The position numbers and the translations under genes were made by a program. A stretch of 64,000 bases of DNA, from NCBI GenBank assembly GCA_016185525.1, contig JACPNK010000002.1, forward strand, positions 75,616-139,615, written 5' to 3'. Source of the DNA: Candidatus Yanofskybacteria bacterium (GTDB taxonomy: Bacteria > Patescibacteriota > Minisyncoccia > 2-02-FULL-40-12 > IGHO2-12-FULL-4). Under the pieces are notes generated by a model. The model saw only the letters and a program-made list of their open reading frames with translations, was not told where the DNA came from and made no database searches. Below are positions 48,660 through 57,358 of the stretch, piece after piece; position 1 is the stretch's first letter, and every line of letters starts with the position of its first letter.

Positions 48660-48980
48660 ATGAAATCTCTTAAACTAATTTACTCTTCGGCGGTTGCCGC
48701 GATTGTTTCCGTAATTTTTACGGTTGCCATTACGGTTTTGGGCGAACTCTCCGTTCCGCTCAAAAACTGGCTGACCGATTTTTCCGGACACCATTGGACC
48801 AGTAAAAGCATATTTTCCGTTTTGATTTATTTTGTTGTCTGGGGTTTGGCCTATTTCTACTCCGGCGCGGTTTCAGCCAAAACTGTCCGCAGAGCTTTGA
48901 TCAATCTGATTATTTTTTCCGTGGCTGGAATTTTAGCAGTGTTTTTATTTTTTACCGCTCACTATTTAAATTTTTTTTAA
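48660..48980 (+). CDS. Hypothetical three-TM membrane protein
   Basis: GHHW..KS motif. Confidence 0.65.
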   Translation: MKSLKLIYSSAVAAIVSVIFTVAITVLGELSVPLKNWLTDFSGHHWTSKSIFSVLIYFVVWGLAYFYSGAVSAKTVRRALINLIIFSVAGILAVFLFFTAHYLNFF

Positions 48981-48990
48981 TTAAAACTTT

Positions 48991-49467
48991 ATGACAAAAT
49001 TTCAAAAAATATTTTTGTTTTTACTTCGTCTGGCTATGGGCTGGCTGATGTTTTATGCGGGCATAACAAAAATTATTAACCCCAGCTGGTCAGCGGAAGG
49101 TTACTTAAAAAGCGCCAAAACTTTTGCCGGATTGTTTAACTGGTTCGCTTCACCGGAAATTCTGCCGGTTACCAACTGGCTTAACGAATGGGGCTTGACG
49201 ATTCTGGGAATTTCTTTGATTTTGGGAATTTTTGTAAGGCTGACTTCAATTTACGGCGTTGTTTTGATGCTTCTTTATTATTTTCCAGTTCTGGATTTTC
49301 CGTATGCTGGCGAACATTCTTTCATAATTGATGAGCATATAATCTATGCGTTAGTTTTGCTGTTCTTTGCCGCTATCCGCGCCGGCCGCGTTTGGGGTTT
49401 GGAAAACCGGTGCGCAAGACTGCCCATTTGCTCAAAGTTTCCGAGATTAAGAAACTGGCTCGGCTGA
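48991..49467 (+). CDS. DoxX/DoxD family membrane protein
   Basis: LRLAMGW...AG..K, WSAEGYL, LG..VR, GR.WGLE. Confidence 0.85.
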   Translation: MTKFQKIFLFLLRLAMGWLMFYAGITKIINPSWSAEGYLKSAKTFAGLFNWFASPEILPVTNWLNEWGLTILGISLILGIFVRLTSIYGVVLMLLYYFPVLDFPYAGEHSFIIDEHIIYALVLLFFAAIRAGRVWGLENRCARLPICSKFPRLRNWLG

Positions 49468-49520
49468 TATAGTTATCAGGTAACGGTATCAGTATAAAAA
49501 AACCGAGCTAGGCTCGGTAG

Positions 49521-49627
49521 TTACACTTTAACTAATCTTGGATTGGGACGAAAACGACGTCCGGCTTTAGCGCAAAGTTCGCCGTCCACTAAAACAATAT
49601 CGGCGCTGAAACCTCCAGATTATTCAT
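49521..49627 (-). pseudogene. Remnant of a nicotinate phosphoribosyltransferase-like gene (start codon plus C-terminal ~30 codons)
   Basis: FSADIVLVDGELCAKAGRRFRPNPRLVKV* ends at 49521; orphan ATG at 49627 with AAGGAG SD in another frame. Identified from recalled family C-terminus. Confidence 0.55.
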
Positions 49628-49628
49628 C

Positions 49629-50162
49629 TTAATTCTCCTTTCTTTTTCTGTTTTGCTTTTGAACCTGCCGCATCATTTCTTGATGAGTCGGCCAACCGAT
49701 TTCGGGCGGGTTTTTAATGTCAAACCAGTTTACTTCTTTATTTTCCTGCGGGTCGTTATTCCTAATTTTGCCTTTAGCTGTTGCGTAATAGAAAAATACG
49801 AGATGCCCCGGGCTTCGCGGGTCTTCATTTGATTCGGTAAAATTGATAAATCTGGCTTTTATGACAACAAGCCCCGTTTCCTGCTCCACCTCTCTCTTGA
49901 GAGCGGCTTCCGGATGTTCTCGATACTCCACAAAACCTGCCGGAAAATTCCAAGTATTCTTATATGGGTCTCGATTGCGCTTCACCAAAAGAATCTTGTT
50001 TCTCCTGATTATCAAGCCAACCGAAGCCAAGCCGACGGTCGGGTAATGAGTCCAGCAGTTGCAGTAAGTACAGACCTTTCTTGGCGTTCCGTCCGTTGTC
50101 CAGACAGAAAGCCGGCTGGCGCAATACGGGCAGTATTCGTAATCGGATAATGTAATTGGCAT
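49629..50162 (-). CDS. NUDIX hydrolase with N-terminal Zn ribbon (ADP-ribose pyrophosphatase-like)
   Basis: CPYC...CTYC; Nudix box GFVEYREHPEAALKREVEQETGL. Confidence 0.9.
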   Translation of the reverse strand: MPITLSDYEYCPYCASRLSVWTTDGTPRKVCTYCNCWTHYPTVGLASVGLIIRRNKILLVKRNRDPYKNTWNFPAGFVEYREHPEAALKREVEQETGLVVIKARFINFTESNEDPRSPGHLVFFYYATAKGKIRNNDPQENKEVNWFDIKNPPEIGWPTHQEMMRQVQKQNRKRKEN

Positions 50163-50302
50163 AATTTTTTCCTGTTTTTTTAAAGTGCAAGCCGTTTTTA
50201 AAATAGCACAAGAGTTACTATAATGTCAAGGAAAACGTCACTAACGGGGAAGTTTTGTGTAAGTAAAAAGCCGGCAACCAGCCAGCTTTAAAAAGATACA
50301 CC

Positions 50303-52237
50303 TCAAACATCAGTAATTTTTCTGGCTCTGATTTGAGCCAAAAATACATCGGTATTTTCAATAAGTCCCCTTTGCAAAATTCCTTGGATAATATCCTTAA
50401 CGTTCGGGGGGAGGAGTTGTCTGGAAGAACACTCGAGTAATCCGACTTCGGTCATGAAGTCAATTGTCGCTTGTGAAGCGCTCGGTATAAAGTCGTCAAC
50501 TGCTTGATTTAGAGACTTTACATCAACATTTTGACCGCCCGCAAATCTGAATGAGGCGAGAACAATTGCCTCTATATCTGCTCCGGAAAAACCGTCAGTT
50601 TTCTTTGCAAAAGGCACAAAGTCCTTAATATCAGTCGGGATGCCATACCTCTTAAACATCACCCTGAAAATATCCGGCAATTCTTCGGTTGAGGGCATTG
50701 GAATCAAAATTCTCTGATCTCCGCGGCCGCTGCGCTTCAGCGCTGCATCAATACGGTCGGGCCTGTTAGTGCAAGATATTACTACTATCTGGCCTCTGAT
50801 TCTCGGATCAGACAAGAATTCCATCCACATCTTCATTAAGTGTTCTGTAACATTAGAGTCTCCTTTGGGGGTATCTCGTTGGGCGTCGGCCAGATCAGCT
50901 TCGTCATTCATGACAACAACCGGTGTCAGCGACCGCAAAGCATAAATAAATTTTTGCATGCGGGCTTCAGATTCGCCAACCCACATTGAACGTATATTTT
51001 TGGTTTTAATGAAGTTGAACGATGCTTCTTTTGCCAGAGCTTCTACCAATGCTGTTTTTCCGGTTCCGGGCGGACCCATCAAATAAACACCCATCGGCAC
51101 AAGGCGATACTCTGCCTTTTTAATGGCGTCAAGAACTGATTGAAAATAACTTTTTACATAAGACAGCCCGCCGATGTCTTCAAAGCCGCGTTGGGCATCG
51201 ACAATTTCCATTAATTCGCCGTATTCAGTGTTCAGAATAGTCTTTTTTCGATCCTTTACGAAATCTAAGCTTAATGGCTCACCGGTTTTTAGCGCTTGCA
51301 GAAAAATTTCGTAGATTTGTTTAAAGCTCATGCCTTGTGTGGCATGGCCGAAAACAGCAGTATCAAAGTCGTCCGGCAGTACAATCACGGAATCTGAATC
51401 TGCCATCTGTTCGCGTAATTGCTTTGCTTTATATTCTAACTGCGATTTTTTACTACCCCTAGCATTTTTAACCTGTTTTTCTACTTTAGCCAAATCTGTT
51501 GCCAATTCGGCTTTTTCTCTAGCCTTCAACGTGGCGTTGGAAATAAAATCAATTCTTTCCGGTTTTGTCGGCTTGGGAATAAAAACCTGATAAAAACCAG
51601 ATCCATTCCCTCTCAGTTCAACAGAGATTTTACTTATATCGTCTGTCAGCAAGAGAATAAGGTTGTTGCTTTTCCTGTACCAAGTGCTCTTGCTCCAATT
51701 AATCAGCATTTGGATATTGACTCTGTCATTTTGCGGAAGCAGCGCATTTGCGCCGGGATTCGGGGCAACGAAGTGCGCTGATCGGATAATTACCGCGACA
51801 TTTTCGCATTTACCCAGTACTTTACTAATTAGTGGCAGACAGGCATTTGGATCTTGGGGCAAGCCTCGTTTTGCAGCAAGGCCAGCCTTTGCCGCGGCGA
51901 TTGGATCCGCGCTTGTGTCGTCTTCTGATTCCAGTCCGCAGACTTTTTTGAAATCCTTTTCCATTTTCGGATTCAGAAATTTCATGCCGGCAGCAAGATC
52001 ATAGATAATAACGATTCGTCTCTCGTCAAAAATACTTTTGAGGAACTCCAGGAAAGTAATGTAAGCGCGACCGGGTTCGTCCTCGCAATTTGGATTTAGA
52101 ACCAAACCGTCGGTGTCACCATGGAAAATAAATGCATGAGCCAAGCCGGACCTGAATGGCAGTAGGAATTCTTTTTTCAGCCATTCCGGCGCTTTATACT
52201 CTAAAGCTTTTACATCTTCGGTTTTGTCGGTTTTCAT
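50303..52237 (-). CDS. AAA+ ATPase
   Basis: FEDIGG, GPPGTGKT, VVMNDEAD, TNRPDRIDAALKRSGRGD, GFSGADIE; degenerate N-terminal AAA-like domain. Confidence 0.92.
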   Translation of the reverse strand: MKTDKTEDVKALEYKAPEWLKKEFLLPFRSGLAHAFIFHGDTDGLVLNPNCEDEPGRAYITFLEFLKSIFDERRIVIIYDLAAGMKFLNPKMEKDFKKVCGLESEDDTSADPIAAAKAGLAAKRGLPQDPNACLPLISKVLGKCENVAVIIRSAHFVAPNPGANALLPQNDRVNIQMLINWSKSTWYRKSNNLILLLTDDISKISVELRGNGSGFYQVFIPKPTKPERIDFISNATLKAREKAELATDLAKVEKQVKNARGSKKSQLEYKAKQLREQMADSDSVIVLPDDFDTAVFGHATQGMSFKQIYEIFLQALKTGEPLSLDFVKDRKKTILNTEYGELMEIVDAQRGFEDIGGLSYVKSYFQSVLDAIKKAEYRLVPMGVYLMGPPGTGKTALVEALAKEASFNFIKTKNIRSMWVGESEARMQKFIYALRSLTPVVVMNDEADLADAQRDTPKGDSNVTEHLMKMWMEFLSDPRIRGQIVVISCTNRPDRIDAALKRSGRGDQRILIPMPSTEELPDIFRVMFKRYGIPTDIKDFVPFAKKTDGFSGADIEAIVLASFRFAGGQNVDVKSLNQAVDDFIPSASQATIDFMTEVGLLECSSRQLLPPNVKDIIQGILQRGLIENTDVFLAQIRARKITDV

Positions 52238-52238
52238 G

Positions 52239-52913
52239 TTAAGACCTCACATGTAAAAAATGCTGGTGTTCCACATTTTGTGGAATCGGTTGTCCTGATT
52301 CGTGTTCTTCTGATAAGGCGATTTTAACACCAAACTTTTTAGCCAAAGTTAAAAACTTTGACCGCTCTTCTTTCAATGAAGAGGCCGAGTCAAAATGTTC
52401 AAAAGCTAAGACTCCCTCGCCCGTAGTTCCAACGGAAACTTTTAAGTATCTATGGACGTTCGCGTCCTCATTTTTCTCACCCTCAAGGATTATTGTCTTT
52501 TGACCGTCGATTGTTTTTTCAGAAACTACAATCGTATAATCCAATAACTGGGCAATTACTCCGGTAACTTCTATCTGAAATCTTTCGGAAACCTTTTTGG
52601 CTATGGCCTCAATTTTTCTTTTTTCTACAGCTTCGGTGTATTTAGATTTGATTTCCAATTCTCCGTTGCGAATAAGAAACTCAACTTTCCCAATTTTATC
52701 TACGGCTTCTAACGCGCGCTCGAGAGCCGTATTTAACAGAGGATTAATGTCCAAGTCAGATGCCCACTCTAAGAAAACAACATCAGTTACTCCCATATTT
52801 TCCAATAAGTCTTTGGTTATTTTGGGGGCTTTTGATCTTTCTTTAAATTCGTTGACAATCTTGGGTTCTACACGGATTGTAGTAATATTTTTGTATCCGA
52901 TATCACAAGGCAT
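52239..52913 (-). CDS. Hypothetical AAA-ATPase partner protein
   Basis: 224 aa, AAGGAG SD, starts MPCD, stop is 1 nt from the ATPase start. Confidence 0.75.
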   Translation of the reverse strand: MPCDIGYKNITTIRVEPKIVNEFKERSKAPKITKDLLENMGVTDVVFLEWASDLDINPLLNTALERALEAVDKIGKVEFLIRNGELEIKSKYTEAVEKRKIEAIAKKVSERFQIEVTGVIAQLLDYTIVVSEKTIDGQKTIILEGEKNEDANVHRYLKVSVGTTGEGVLAFEHFDSASSLKEERSKFLTLAKKFGVKIALSEEHESGQPIPQNVEHQHFLHVRS

Positions 52914-53017
52914 AAGTTACTCCTTATTTTAAAAGTGCTTGAAAGCAATATCGTATTAGCACACTTTTATTATTTTGGCAAGTAAAAAACGCTCTTTGGA
53001 GCGTTGTGTTTTTGCGG

Positions 53018-54019
53018 TTAAACCTTGAGACCGCCGCCTTTTTTAGAAGTATTCTTTTGGGATTGCGCTGGATTTACTGGTCCATCTTTTTTCTTTTGAA
53101 CATTTTTTTCTTTCAACATTGTCTCAAGGGGTTTAAGCGCCTCTGTTACTTGGTTAATTCTTTCTTGTGTTTGCGGCTTATATTTCTTTCCGCCCATTTC
53201 CAATGGCCGGTTTTTCATGTCCTCAACATAACCCGAGAGTGTTCTCTTGCCTGACACCAAAGCTAAAATTCCCAAAGTCAAGTCGGCAATTGCCGTATCG
53301 TCTGGTAATTTAATAACATAATTTTTACCGAGAACTTTTTCCCATTGGGCTACAATTTCAGAATCCAAACCATAGTTATTATAATATCTGTGCAATAAGA
53401 AAACATTATCCATGAATTTGGCTTTTAGCTCAGCAAAGATGACGCTGGTATTTATGTTTTCATGCTGTCCGCCAAAACGCTTTTTTAATTCACTCCCGAG
53501 CAATTGCTCTCTAAATCCTTCATCGCCGGTAAAGAGTAGAATCGGCAGTTGAGCATTTGGCATGTCGCAACAGCGTGCATAGAAATAAGCCATGAATTCA
53601 TAAGATTCAAAATGCTGTCCGCCGCCGCCACCCTCTATCCAGATCTTTTGTAACCAAGGGTCTAAGCTTTTGATTACGGAGAAATCGCAAACCTGCAGTG
53701 GTCCGCGATCTGAAGTGACATCGCCAACGGCCGCTAAGCTCACATCCGGGTCTTCAAGATATTTTTGTTCAACAATTTGTCCCGCGATCATGGGCATTTT
53801 GTCGTAGATTAATTTGGGCAAGGTACCCATAGAACCCGTTACATCGTAAACGTAAACCAGGGGATTTCTATGCGCTGAAACAAGTTTTCGTTCAAAAGGC
53901 AATAAATCATTGGATAATACCGACCGTGACATCTGCTCTTGAGCAAAAGTTGATACACCCGAACTTAGTTTACTAACCACAGAAACATCTCTGTCATAAT
54001 AAGCGCCGCTACTGCCCAT
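53018..54019 (-). CDS. vWA-domain protein (paralog 2)
   Basis: MIDAS DVTGS, AVGD, EGGGGGQ..ESY, TGDE. Start at ATG 54019 behind TTGACA-17bp-TATAAA. Confidence 0.85.
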   Translation of the reverse strand: MGSSGAYYDRDVSVVSKLSSGVSTFAQEQMSRSVLSNDLLPFERKLVSAHRNPLVYVYDVTGSMGTLPKLIYDKMPMIAGQIVEQKYLEDPDVSLAAVGDVTSDRGPLQVCDFSVIKSLDPWLQKIWIEGGGGGQHFESYEFMAYFYARCCDMPNAQLPILLFTGDEGFREQLLGSELKKRFGGQHENINTSVIFAELKAKFMDNVFLLHRYYNNYGLDSEIVAQWEKVLGKNYVIKLPDDTAIADLTLGILALVSGKRTLSGYVEDMKNRPLEMGGKKYKPQTQERINQVTEALKPLETMLKEKNVQKKKDGPVNPAQSQKNTSKKGGGLKV

Positions 54020-54127
54020 AAAGTTTCCTTTTTTGTTTTTAAATAACAGCAAATACTTTATACCAATTACACTCTTCTCTGTCAAGCACAACGCAACGGC
54101 GCCAATAAAAAATCCAGCATAGTTGGA

Positions 54128-55159
54128 TTAAACTTTGAGACCGCCGCCTTTTTTATCTTTCTTCGGCTCTTTATCTTTAGCTTTCGTAACGAACGATGTT
54201 ACAGTATCGCCTTTTTTGTCTTTATTTATTCCGTAAAGTTTAACAAAAGCATTTTGGGAAATCTCTAAGTACTCTTTGCCGACGCCTTTCTTTTTGAGGT
54301 TCTCAACCGCTTCTTGAGGGCTGACCTTGCCTTCGCAAACACCGACGATTGTCCCGATGAGTTCGCAGATCTGGCTTGTTTTTTCCATACCCATTACAAA
54401 CTCTTCACCGAGTAGTCCTCTCCACGTGCTCCAGATTTCCGGATCGCGACCATTATTGGTTTCGCGAGGAATGATGTAGATAACGACATATTTTTTATTT
54501 GCTTCCTCAATGATTTTTTTCAACGGAATATTTTCATCCGGTCCGAAACCGCCCATTAAATCTTTGATTTCCGAAGCCCGGACATTATTGTAAGGCAGTT
54601 CATCGCCGAACATAATAAAGTAGCCTTTTTTACCGCGCTTTTCAAAACAATCGATTTGAGTGTGCCGCGCCATATAATAAAGCGCGTTTTGATATGACTC
54701 AGTGTTTTGTCCGCCGCCGCCGCCTTCCAGGTAAACTCTCTGGAAGAAATTCATCAGTTCTTGAGCGCCGGATTCAAATTGTCCGACTTGGAACGGAACC
54801 CGATCACAAGTTGAATCGCCGACAGCGCTGAACATGACGGCAACATCGGGCAAGTAATTTTTCTCAAGAAGATAGCCCATAAGATCTTTCAGATTGGGTT
54901 CCAATTCCTTGGGGACATTTAACAGCGATCCGGTAACATCAAACCAAAGAGCTAAAGCGTTGGATTGGGGATGGGCATCGCTATCGCGAGACTCCCTGTT
55001 CCGTCGAAATTCTTCTGCGATTGAAAGTTTTTCGTGGCATACTGCGCTAGTACGTCCTTGTCGTATGTCTGCGGTTCTGGCAAAAGTGTCTTTTCCACTG
55101 TCTTTAATAGTTTTTTTTGTCTTCAATAAATCTTCATCGCTATAAGTTCTATAGCCCAT
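54128..55159 (-). CDS. vWA-domain protein (paralog 1)
   Basis: DVTGS, AVGD, QVGQFES, EGGGGGQNTESY, FGDE. Confidence 0.85.
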   Translation of the reverse strand: MGYRTYSDEDLLKTKKTIKDSGKDTFARTADIRQGRTSAVCHEKLSIAEEFRRNRESRDSDAHPQSNALALWFDVTGSLLNVPKELEPNLKDLMGYLLEKNYLPDVAVMFSAVGDSTCDRVPFQVGQFESGAQELMNFFQRVYLEGGGGGQNTESYQNALYYMARHTQIDCFEKRGKKGYFIMFGDELPYNNVRASEIKDLMGGFGPDENIPLKKIIEEANKKYVVIYIIPRETNNGRDPEIWSTWRGLLGEEFVMGMEKTSQICELIGTIVGVCEGKVSPQEAVENLKKKGVGKEYLEISQNAFVKLYGINKDKKGDTVTSFVTKAKDKEPKKDKKGGGLKV

Positions 55160-55308
55160 GTCTCCTCCTTATTTTAAAAGGTCAGTATCGCGAATTACGA
55201 TACTGACCCAAGATACAGCTATATTAAAATTTTGTCAAATGGCATTGCCAAGTCATAATATCTATGGTATTGTTTTGGCAATCTTTGACAATTGAATAGA
55301 GGCGCCGA

Positions 55309-57267
55309 ATGTTTACAAGAATGCCGCCACCGATGGATTTACTTCTTTTAAGCGGTTCTGTTTTAGACTCGCCTTGGCCTAAAAGAATCAGAGATAATCT
55401 AGGCATAATACAAAAAGCTGAAATGAGAAGAAAACTATATACCGATTTTCAGGGAATTTTTAAAAGGATTCCGGAAGTAAAAATGGATATTAGTGAAGCC
55501 ATTGGTTCTGGCTTGATAGACCAAACCAATGTTGCCAGAATCTATGACAATTTAACAGAATTTCTTTTAAGCGACATTGATCACGCACGATTAATTCTGT
55601 ATTTGCCTTTTGAACTTTTACCAAACAGAAAATTGAGTATTTTTTGTTCCGGTCCGTTAAGTTTGGCATCTGATAAATTTATTGAGGCGTATATTCTAAG
55701 TTGGAGAGAACTGCTCAACGAAAGTGACTTTCGGGCTGATTATGTTGACGGGGATATATTAGAATACGAGTTGGATGAAGTTGTATTGCCTCATGTGAGA
55801 AAGGCAGCCCATCTAATCCCGCAAATGATTAAAAAAAATCTTGTTTCAGTAGCCGATGTTCTGGAAATATTAGAAAAAACAAATGACGAGGTTTTGGTTT
55901 ATAGTATTCTTGATACTTTTCCAACACTTACTGATTTGGGTTTAGTTTCTGAAACCGAATGGCGCAGACTTTTCAATTCTGACAATCCCATATTTGATAA
56001 AACCGTTTTGGCTCAATACCAAAATCTAAAATCAAATCCGCCGCGCTCGGAAGCGGAAATCGCAAATGCGGTATTTGGCGGGAAGATTAGTTCAGAACAA
56101 ATGAAGACTTTGACGGAAAGTTTGCGAGTTGACTTATCAAGGATTTCCCTTGATTGCATAAGGGGAGAAATTAAAACAGCGCCAAAATCTAGAATTGATT
56201 GGTTGAGAAAAGAAAGACAGTCCAAGTGTCTTGAAGAGTACGGCATCCTTTTGGCCGAATCGTTGCTAAACAATAAAATTAAGGCAAAAGATATTACCGT
56301 TTTATTGAAGAAAGAAAACAGCGAAGAACTGCGGATTGCCTGTATTACAGCTGTGCGTATTGCGACCGAAAGATTGACCAAATGTAACAAGGAAAGGGCG
56401 GAGACTATCAAGACTTATTTTGAGCCTTATTTTCTTGCTCTATGGCAAAAAGGTTCAACAAAAATTAAGGACCAGTTATTTATCTTGTGGTCCCATTGGC
56501 TAGCAATTGATTTTATTGATTATCAGTACATTGAGGAAAAGTCGGGTCTAAAAATGCCGCAACTAGATTCCTTTGCGACAGAACAGTTTCTTATCAGTCA
56601 AGATCTAGATGAACTTGGGCCCGTGTTAGAGGATTTTTATTCTCAACCGGAAGCCGGCGCTTTATTTTATCCGGTATTCATATTTTTTGGTTCACGATTA
56701 AAAGGATATTCATTGAACTTTGATTCTGATTTGGACTTAGCCGTATTTATCAGACCCGATACCCCACAAAGCGAAGAATCAAAAATAAGATCTTTGTTGG
56801 AAAAAGTCGGCTCACATCCCAAAATAAGGGGAAGAGTTACAGAATTTTGGCTGGATAAGATCGGCGGACACTTGGAAATAAAAAGTTCGCCAATGACGGA
56901 CGCTTTAATAAAAGACGCGAGGGTGGATAATTCCTGGGCGCATTTATTGCTTTGCGGCATGTGGTGCGGCCAGCCGGAGTCAATAAGAGAATTATACGAA
57001 AAATTGCTGCCAAATTTTTTATTTTCCGCCGGTCAGAGCATTAAAGGCCACAGAGCTAAAAAAATATGGTTGAGAATGATAGAATCGGAAGTTCTCCAGT
57101 ATCGGCTGATGCATAAAGGTTATCAGCGATTTTATCCTCGCGAAGATTGGCGTATAACAGAACATTCCTGGCCAATGGATCCGCACAGCACTTTCTGGGA
57201 CCCGGGTTATAGAAGAGTTGCAAGCAAATTATTCGTGGCCAGAGTTTTCTTGCCGGAATTAAAATAA
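55309..57267 (+). CDS. Large protein with helical N-terminus and C-terminal Pol-beta-type nucleotidyltransferase domain
   Basis: FGSRLKGYSLNFDSDLDLAVF (GS...D.D); hairpin terminator at about 57268-57292. Confidence 0.75.
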   Translation: MFTRMPPPMDLLLLSGSVLDSPWPKRIRDNLGIIQKAEMRRKLYTDFQGIFKRIPEVKMDISEAIGSGLIDQTNVARIYDNLTEFLLSDIDHARLILYLPFELLPNRKLSIFCSGPLSLASDKFIEAYILSWRELLNESDFRADYVDGDILEYELDEVVLPHVRKAAHLIPQMIKKNLVSVADVLEILEKTNDEVLVYSILDTFPTLTDLGLVSETEWRRLFNSDNPIFDKTVLAQYQNLKSNPPRSEAEIANAVFGGKISSEQMKTLTESLRVDLSRISLDCIRGEIKTAPKSRIDWLRKERQSKCLEEYGILLAESLLNNKIKAKDITVLLKKENSEELRIACITAVRIATERLTKCNKERAETIKTYFEPYFLALWQKGSTKIKDQLFILWSHWLAIDFIDYQYIEEKSGLKMPQLDSFATEQFLISQDLDELGPVLEDFYSQPEAGALFYPVFIFFGSRLKGYSLNFDSDLDLAVFIRPDTPQSEESKIRSLLEKVGSHPKIRGRVTEFWLDKIGGHLEIKSSPMTDALIKDARVDNSWAHLLLCGMWCGQPESIRELYEKLLPNFLFSAGQSIKGHRAKKIWLRMIESEVLQYRLMHKGYQRFYPREDWRITEHSWPMDPHSTFWDPGYRRVASKLFVARVFLPELK

Positions 57268-57358
57268 AAGTCCTGACAGAGGGACTTTTTTATTACCAAA
57301 CTTGACATTTTTGTAATAATAATGTATTTATAAATAAAAAGAACCTTAATAATCAGGA

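Noticed and set aside
4633-54091. Longest-ORF starts at 3169, 4633, 25483, 33674, 43098, 45792 and 54091
   Set aside because: These extensions run through promoters or upstream genes; downstream ATGs match family N-termini.
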